From Steroidobacteraceae bacterium (GTDB taxonomy: Bacteria; Pseudomonadota; Gammaproteobacteria; Steroidobacterales; Steroidobacteraceae), in the NCBI GenBank assembly GCA_035571575.1, contig DATNCK010000363.1, positions 1 to 34,451 on the forward strand: a stretch of 34,451 nt of DNA, in the 5' to 3' direction. Below, in pieces: positions 29,502 to 34,451 of the stretch. The notes below the pieces were generated by a model that made no database searches, was not told the DNA's origin, and worked only from the letters and a program-made list of their open reading frames with translations. Both the position numbers and the translations under genes were made by a program. Numbering within the stretch: position 1 is the first letter of the stretch; each line of letters starts with the position of its first letter.

Positions 29502-29527
29502 GTTCACCCCCTGAATCGGGGGTGAAC
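29502..29527. repeat. Perfect 10-bp inverted repeat (hairpin or palindromic operator) in the CAP-gene leader
   Basis: GTTCACCCCC (29502-29511), loop TGAATC, GGGGGTGAAC (29518-29527). It lies 21 nt upstream of the CAP-gene ATG on the minus strand, with no upstream gene that it could terminate. Confidence 0.85.
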
Positions 29528-29548
29528 CACCGGCTTGATCCGTGAGTC

Positions 29549-29594
29549 TTGAAATCGATCCGATTTAGATATATCTTTACTTCGACATATCGAA
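29549..29594 (+). promoter_or_regulatory. AT-rich divergent promoter region with three consecutive palindromes (candidate PadR operator and promoter)
   Basis: Palindromes: AAATCG-ATC-CGATTT (29552-29566), AGATATATCT (29567-29576) and TTCGA-CATA-TCGAA (29581-29594). A possible promoter is -35 TTGAAA (29549-29554) with -10 TATCTT (29572-29577) at 17-nt spacing. SD AGGA (29597-29600) precedes ATG 29609. Confidence 0.4.
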
Positions 29595-29608
29595 ACAGGA
29601 TCGAATCC

Positions 29609-30205
29609 ATGAGAGCTCATTTTCACAGGCCCCATCATTCCGACCGTCATGCCGGCTCGCCTCCGGGAGGCCGCCACTTTCGCGGCGGTCACCATCACGG
29701 CGGCGGGCCGGGAGGCGCCGGTGGCTTCGGCGGCCGGGGCGGACATGGCGAGCGCGTGTTTCACCATGGCGCTCTGCGCCTGGTAGTGCTCGCGCTGATC
29801 GCCGAGTCGCCACGCCACGGCTACGAAATCATCAAGGCCATCGAGGAACGCCTGGCCGGCAGCTATTCGCCCAGCCCCGGCGTCATCTACCCAACGCTGA
29901 CGCTGCTGCAGGAAATCGGCCACGTCACCGTCGAAGAACACGAAGGCAAGAAGCGCTACTCGATCACCGAGGAAGGCCGGCAGCACCTGCTCGAGAACCA
30001 GCCCGCGGTGGATGCAGTCATGGCGCGCATGCGCGACGTGAGTTCGCGCTTCGGCGGCGGACCGGCGCCGCAGATCATCCGCGCAATGGAGAACCTGAAG
30101 CTGGCGCTGCGACTGCGCATGGGCCGCGGACCGCTCACCGACGAACAACTCCAGGCCGTCGCCGCAGCCATCGACGCGGCAGCCACCGCCGTCGAGCGCA
30201 CCTGA
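29609..30205 (+). CDS. PadR family transcriptional regulator with a His/Gly-rich N-terminal extension
   Basis: 198 aa from ATG at 29609. The N-terminal roughly 53 aa, MRAHFHRPHHSDRHAGSPPGGRHFRGGHHHGGGPGGAGGFGGRGGHGERVFHHG, hold 13 His. The winged-helix core is LRLVVLALIAESPRHGYEIIKAIEERLAGSYSPSPGVIYPTLTLLQEIGHV. Confidence 0.85.
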   Translation: MRAHFHRPHHSDRHAGSPPGGRHFRGGHHHGGGPGGAGGFGGRGGHGERVFHHGALRLVVLALIAESPRHGYEIIKAIEERLAGSYSPSPGVIYPTLTLLQEIGHVTVEEHEGKKRYSITEEGRQHLLENQPAVDAVMARMRDVSSRFGGGPAPQIIRAMENLKLALRLRMGRGPLTDEQLQAVAAAIDAAATAVERT

Positions 30206-30213
30206 GGTCGGTC

Positions 30214-30519
30214 ATGACGAAGGTAACAGGTGAAGCCGCAACCCCCGATGCCGCGCGCGTGATCCGGCGGCTGTGCCGCCACTGGGCGCATAAATTCCCG
30301 GTGAAATTCGACGACACATCGGGCGAGATCCAGATCAACGATGTGCGTGTGGCGATGCAGGCCGGCGCTGAAACCCTGCATGTGGTGCTGGAAAATCCGA
30401 GCGGAGACGTGCCGGAGAGATTGCCGGGTGTCGTCGCTGACCATCTGATACGCATGGCGGCAACTGATCCCGCTTTACAGGTGCGTTGGAACGCGGCCGA
30501 CCAGACGCCGGTGGCGTGA
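30214..30519 (+). CDS. DUF2218-like small protein
   Basis: 101-aa ORF with SD GAGG upstream. The motifs RRLCRHWAHKFPV and VVADHLIRMA...LQVRW resemble the DUF2218 family as I recall it. It starts 8 nt after the PadR stop. Confidence 0.65.
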   Translation: MTKVTGEAATPDAARVIRRLCRHWAHKFPVKFDDTSGEIQINDVRVAMQAGAETLHVVLENPSGDVPERLPGVVADHLIRMAATDPALQVRWNAADQTPVA

Positions 30520-30533
30520 CGATCGTCGCCGCG

Positions 30534-32045
30534 ATGAAGGAAGACGGCATCAACGAGGATCTGCGCGCCTGCCTGCGCACACTGCAGGCCATCCACGCAG
30601 ATCGCGGCCTGCTCACGCAGCTGACGCAGGAGCAGCGCCGTGAACTGCTGATGCTGGCCGGGCTGGTGGCCAAACCCGAGCGCAACGAATTGCGCCAGAT
30701 GGCCAAGGCCTTCCGCCGCGCCGATCGTCAGGCCGTTCAGCAACAGGATCGTCAGTCGATCGAAACAGCGGGTCTGAGGCAGCAGCGCCGCAGTGAAACG
30801 TATGCGCCGCTATGGTTGCCGCGGCCCGATGCAGAAGTCGCGCAGAGCAATGCCGGCGCCAGCAGTGCCTCGGCCACCGAACGTCCGACGCTGAATGCTG
30901 CGCGCAACTGCTATGTCTGCAAGCAGCCCTACACCACAGTCCATCGCTACTACGATTCGATGTGCTGCGCCTGCGGCGACTTCAACTACGCCAAGCGCGA
31001 ACACAGCGCCGATCTCACCGGTCGCGTGGCGCTGGTCACTGGCGCGCGCGTCAAGATTGGCTACCAGGCTGCGTTGAAATTGCTGCGTGCCGGCGCGAGT
31101 GTCATTGCGCTCACGCGATTTCCCGTGGATGCCGCGGCGCGCTATGCGCAGGAAGCCGACTATGTCCAGTGGCGCGAGCGCCTGCAGATCCACGGTCTGG
31201 ATCTGCGCCACACTCCCAGCGTGGAGATCTTCGCGCGCTGGCTGGGTGAGCAGCTGCCGCGACTCGACTACATCCTGAACAATGCCTGCCAGACCGTGCG
31301 GCGTCCGGCCGGATTCTTCCGCCATCTGCTGCAGCGTGAGGCCGCTGGGTCCACCGCATTGCTGGCCGAACACCGCGCGCCGCTGGCGCAGCACGACACC
31401 CTGTGCCGCGCGTTGGTCGCCGCCACGGCGCAACCCGAGGGCCTGATTCACAGCGCCGCGCTGTCGCAGCGGCGCTACCTGGACGAGGATTATCTGGAGG
31501 GTGAGGCGCTGTTTCCTTCCGGTCGCTACGACGAGGACCAGCAGCAGGTGGATCTGCGCGCGGTGAACAGCTGGCGGCTGCGGCTGCATGAAGTGGAAAC
31601 GCCGGAGCTGCTCGAGGTGCAGCTGGTGAATGCCATCGCGCCCTACATCCTCAACGCACGGCTGAAACCGCTGATGATGAAGAGCGGCGCGCGTGATCTG
31701 CACATCGTCAATGTCAGTGCGATGGAAGGGCAGTTCTACCGCACCACCAAGACCGACAAGCATCCCCATACCAACATGGCCAAGGCGGCGCTGAACATGA
31801 TGACGCGCACCAGCGCGCCGGACTATGTGCGGGATGGCATTCACATGAATGCGGTGGACACCGGCTGGGTCACCGATGAAGATCCCGCCGTGCATGCGGC
31901 ACGCAAGGCAGAGGAGGGCTTTGCGCCGCCGCTGGACATCATCGACGGCGCGGCGCGCATCGTTGATCCCGTCTTTGCCGGTGCCAACACTGGCACTCAC
32001 CTGTGGGGACAGTTCCTGAAGGATTACAGACCCGCGCCGTGGTGA
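30534..32045 (+). CDS. SDR-family oxidoreductase with an N-terminal helical region and a CxxC...CxxC zinc-ribbon-like insert
   Basis: 503 aa from ATG at 30534 (the track start at 30486 is a TTG overlapping the DUF2218 gene). It contains CYVCKQPYTTVHRYYDSMCCAC, the Rossmann motif VALVTGARVKIGYQAAL, NNAC, and NVSAMEG...HPHTNMAKAAL. Confidence 0.8.
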   Translation: MKEDGINEDLRACLRTLQAIHADRGLLTQLTQEQRRELLMLAGLVAKPERNELRQMAKAFRRADRQAVQQQDRQSIETAGLRQQRRSETYAPLWLPRPDAEVAQSNAGASSASATERPTLNAARNCYVCKQPYTTVHRYYDSMCCACGDFNYAKREHSADLTGRVALVTGARVKIGYQAALKLLRAGASVIALTRFPVDAAARYAQEADYVQWRERLQIHGLDLRHTPSVEIFARWLGEQLPRLDYILNNACQTVRRPAGFFRHLLQREAAGSTALLAEHRAPLAQHDTLCRALVAATAQPEGLIHSAALSQRRYLDEDYLEGEALFPSGRYDEDQQQVDLRAVNSWRLRLHEVETPELLEVQLVNAIAPYILNARLKPLMMKSGARDLHIVNVSAMEGQFYRTTKTDKHPHTNMAKAALNMMTRTSAPDYVRDGIHMNAVDTGWVTDEDPAVHAARKAEEGFAPPLDIIDGAARIVDPVFAGANTGTHLWGQFLKDYRPAPW

Positions 32046-32243
32046 GGTGAGCCGCCGCGTCGTGGATTCCCGCGGTATTCAATGCGGATCAGACCGCGGC
32101 CATCCAAGTGCTGCGATGCAGCCAGAATAGGAAAGACCCTATTGCGACATGGGTGCTGCGCCTACAGCCCCGCTGCGCGTTTTGCTTCAGCCTCTGCGCA
32201 CGGTCCCACGCCAAAAGCGGAAAGTTTGCAAGGAGAAGCATTA

Positions 32244-32690
32244 ATGAAGACAAGAATCGTCAGTTCAATTGTGGCCAGCGTCGCGATGACTCTGGCTCTG
32301 GCCGCGTGCAATCGCGCGGAATCCCCCGGCAAGGTCTCCTCGGATGTGGCCGAGGCCCAGGCCGACAAGCAGGACAAGGTCGCTGATGCGCGCGCCGATC
32401 AGGCCGAAACGCAGCGCGATACCGCTTCGGAAGCCGTCTCACACGATCCGGATGATCGTGGCGATGCCATCCAGAAGCGTGCCGGTGCAGCCTACGACAC
32501 GGCGATTGCCGCTGCCGAAGGCGATCGCAAGGTAGCCAAGCAGGCTTGCGAAGCCCTGCAGGGCGACTCGCAGGCCGCGTGCAAGAAGAGCGCGGATGCG
32601 TCCTACGATGCCGCCAAGGCCAATGCACAGATGGCGCGCGATGCCGAAAAGCAGCGTGGCGACGCCGTGCAGAAGCTGGACAACAAGTAA
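32244..32690 (+). CDS. Small Asp/Ala/Lys-rich lipoprotein (hypothetical)
   Basis: 148 aa from ATG at 32244, preceded by AAGGAGAAG. The signal peptide has a lipobox: MKTRIVSSIVASVAMTLALAAC. The remainder is low-complexity and charged or helical. Confidence 0.7.
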   Translation: MKTRIVSSIVASVAMTLALAACNRAESPGKVSSDVAEAQADKQDKVADARADQAETQRDTASEAVSHDPDDRGDAIQKRAGAAYDTAIAAAEGDRKVAKQACEALQGDSQAACKKSADASYDAAKANAQMARDAEKQRGDAVQKLDNK

Positions 32691-32710
32691 GCAAGGTCAA
32701 TGGCCGACGT

Positions 32711-32735
32711 GGGTACCGGCCTGCTGCCGGTGCCC
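32711..32735 (+). terminator. Candidate stem-loop after the lipoprotein gene
   Basis: GGGTACCGGC (32711-32720), loop CTGCT, GCCGGTGCCC (32726-32735). This is a 10-bp stem with one G.U pair, flanked by TGGCC/GGCCA that could extend it. There is no T-tract. Confidence 0.4.
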
Positions 32736-32811
32736 ACATGGCCACTTAGGGGTCAGAAGCGAGCGCGCACCGTCAGACCGACGATGCGCGGGTCGCCTGG
32801 CTGGCCAAGGA

Positions 32812-32834
32812 TCAGACCGGAATTGCCGGTCTGA
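32812..32834 (-). terminator. Candidate stem-loop after rluE
   Basis: TCAGACCGG (32812-32820), loop AATTG, CCGGTCTGA (32826-32834). It lies 12 nt downstream of the rluE stop (32846-32848). There is no U-tract. Confidence 0.4.
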
Positions 32835-32845
32835 ACGACTGGCAG

Positions 32846-33403
32846 TCAGCGATTGCTCCAGGGCGCGACGGGTTCGATCTTTCGCCATTCGCCCAAGGGC
32901 AACTCCTCTACGTGCACACTGCCGATGGCCGCACGCACCAGCCGCAAGGTTGGAAAGCCCACGCGCGCCGTCATGCGCCGCACCTGGCGGTTCTTGCCCT
33001 CGCGCAGCGTCAGCTCGATCCAGGCCGTGGGAATCTTCGCGCGATAGCGTATGGGCGGATCACGCGCCCACAGATTCGCGGGCGCTTCGATGCGCCGTGC
33101 ACCAGCGGGTTGCGTGATGAAATCTCCCAGATCGACACCGGCTCGCAGCCTCGCCAGCGCTGCATCGTCGGGCTCACCTTCAACCTGCGCCCAGTAGACC
33201 TTGGCCAGCTTGTGGCGCGGACTGGCGATGCGCGCCTGCAACGCGCCATCATCGGTGAGCAGCAGCAGCCCTTCGCTGTCGGTGTCGAGCCGGCCGGCCG
33301 GATACACATCGGGCACGTCGATGAAATCGGCAAGTGTGCGCCGGCCAGCTTCCGGCCGGAACTTGCAGATCACGCCGAAGGGTTTGTTGAAGGCGATGAG
33401 CAA
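32846..33403 (-). CDS. rluE: 23S rRNA pseudouridine synthase, RluE-like (RsuA family without an S4 domain)
   Basis: 185-aa ORF. Motifs: FNKPFGVICKF, catalytic YPAGRLDTDSEGLLLLTDDG, and REGKNRQVRRMTARVGFPTLRLVR. The only available in-frame start is TTG at 33403, 21 nt after the upstream radical SAM stop. Confidence 0.8.
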   Translation of the reverse strand: MLIAFNKPFGVICKFRPEAGRRTLADFIDVPDVYPAGRLDTDSEGLLLLTDDGALQARIASPRHKLAKVYWAQVEGEPDDAALARLRAGVDLGDFITQPAGARRIEAPANLWARDPPIRYRAKIPTAWIELTLREGKNRQVRRMTARVGFPTLRLVRAAIGSVHVEELPLGEWRKIEPVAPWSNR

Positions 33404-33424
33404 GAAAGCTTCAGTCGCTTATCT

Positions 33425-34451
33425 TCACGCGAGACAGCGTTCGATCAGATCGTGCGGCACGGTGGTAGGCGGCACGGTGGTAGGCGGGACGGTGGTGGCT
33501 GGCACCGCGTTGGCCGCGGCAAGCCTTCTGGATCCACTGCGCCGGCGCTTCGCGCCAGCACGCTGCGCCACTACCTGCGGCTCGAACCATTCGCGTACAT
33601 CCACATCGAGACCGACGCCGTGCATGTAGTTGTACAGCGCCTTGCGCAATCCCTGCCCCAGAAAATCATGATCGGTACCGGTGGGATCATCGAAGGCCAC
33701 ATCGTTGTGCGCGAAGGTGATGTTGGCGGGCGGCCGCAGCGTGATGCCATAGGCCTGAGGATCAAGACCAATGGGCGAATGTGCCGTGGCCGCAAAGCGA
33801 TGCCAGTACGCCGACTGGATACAACCCGCCGCGAACAGCTGTCGTACGCGTTCGAGGGCGTCGACGGTGTCCTGGACGGTCTCAGTAGGAAAGCCATACA
33901 TCAGATAGGCGTGCACCATGATGCCGGCGTCGGTGAAGGCGCGCGTGACCCGCGCCACCTGTTCCACCGTCACACCTTTCTTCATCAGTTTCAGCAACCG
34001 GTCGGAGGCCACTTCCAGCCCACCGCTCACCGCCACGCAGCCCGCCCGTGCCAGCAGCGCGCACAGCTCCGGGTTGAAGGACTTCTCGAAGCGGATGTTC
34101 CCCCACCAGGTGATGGCCAGCTTCTCGCTCACCAGTTGCTGCGCCAGCGCGCGCATGCCGGCCGGCGGCGCCGCCTCATCGACCAGATGAAACCCCGTCT
34201 CGCCGGTCTCTTCGATCAACGCACGGATGCGCGACATCACCACATCGGTGCCCGGCTTGTCGTAGCGTCCGATGTAATCCAGTGACACATCGCAGAAGGT
34301 GCACTTCTTCCAGTAGCAGCCATGCGCCAGCGTGATCTTGTTCCAGCGTCCGTCGGACCAGAAGCGGTGCATGGGGTTCAGCATCTCCAGCACCGACACA
34401 TAGCGGTCCAGCGACAGGCCGTCATAGGTGGGAATGCCGGTATCGCGTTGC
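33425..34451 (-). CDS. B12-binding-domain-type radical SAM protein (5' end cut by the window edge)
   Basis: CYWKKCTFC (CxxxCxxC) follows the class-B-like YDGLSLDRY segment. The track start (GTG at 34399) is not the true start. Codons upstream (QRDTGIPTYDGLSLDRY) stay open to the window end. The C-terminal tail is basic and contains a (PPTTV)x3 repeat. Confidence 0.85.
   Translation of the reverse strand, partial: QRDTGIPTYDGLSLDRYVSVLEMLNPMHRFWSDGRWNKITLAHGCYWKKCTFCDVSLDYIGRYDKPGTDVVMSRIRALIEETGETGFHLVDEAAPPAGMRALAQQLVSEKLAITWWGNIRFEKSFNPELCALLARAGCVAVSGGLEVASDRLLKLMKKGVTVEQVARVTRAFTDAGIMVHAYLMYGFPTETVQDTVDALERVRQLFAAGCIQSAYWHRFAATAHSPIGLDPQAYGITLRPPANITFAHNDVAFDDPTGTDHDFLGQGLRKALYNYMHGVGLDVDVREWFEPQVVAQRAGAKRRRSGSRRLAAANAVPATTVPPTTVPPTTVPHDLIERCLA
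33456..33500. repeat. 15-bp tandem repeat (about 3 copies) inside the radical SAM 3' end
   Basis: GGCACGGTGGTAGGC occurs at 33456-33470 and identically at 33471-33485. A diverged third copy, GGGACGGTGGTGGCT, is at 33486-33500. On the minus strand this encodes TTVPPTTVPPTTVP. Confidence 0.9.

Noticed and set aside
29482-29610. Upstream extensions of the CAP ORF (to 29610) and of the PadR ORF (TTG at 29549)
   Set aside because: Both run through the AT-rich palindromic promoter region. The shorter forms start with a proper signal peptide (CAP) or with an SD-preceded ATG (PadR).
30810-32000. 396-aa minus-strand ORF
   Set aside because: It is antisense to the SDR gene.
32912-34285. 457-aa plus-strand ORF
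   Set aside because: It is antisense to rluE and the radical SAM gene and spans their intergenic gap.

Overview
High-GC (roughly two-thirds G+C by eye) proteobacterial chromosome segment centred on the replication-origin neighbourhood. rpmH-rnpA-yidD-yidC-mnmE lie on the minus strand and dnaA-dnaN-recF-gyrB on the plus strand. The L34 and DnaA sequences and the dnaA-dnaN placement of the origin look Xanthomonadales/Nevskiales-like (inference only). The dnaA-dnaN spacer (19161-19388) is the only clearly AT-rich, DnaA-box-dense stretch and is the likely oriC.

Two insertions break the canonical synteny:
- A carotenoid-cleavage-type oxygenase sits between rpmH and dnaA.
- A four-gene ECF sigma module sits between recF and gyrB (3-TM membrane protein, ECF sigma, small 2-TM anti-sigma candidate, secreted TPR-like protein ending in CxxCH). 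Both of its transcription units are preceded by the same bipartite motif, TGCATCC-N11-CCGTGACGACTCAA.

My best candidate for an undescribed system lies just downstream of gyrB. It is a head-to-tail overlapping three-gene operon: a C-terminally minimal MscS-like membrane protein plus two soluble MgtE N-domain/CBS paralogues that have no MgtE pore domain.

Other notable content:
- A 1680-aa kinase-like/STAND-NTPase/GAF/GGDEF signalling protein.
- A His/Gly-rich PadR - DUF2218 - zinc-ribbon SDR operon.
- A CAP-domain secreted protein with a perfect 10-bp leader hairpin.
- rluE.
- An edge-truncated B12-type radical SAM gene with a 15-bp in-frame tandem repeat.
- An edge-truncated DUF1592-family CxxCH protein that the ORF track misses.

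I saw no rRNA, tRNA, CRISPR array, transposase or integrase. Many long ORFs in the track are codon-aligned antisense shadows typical of high-GC DNA and are rejected. All family assignments come from reading motifs by eye; no database search was run.
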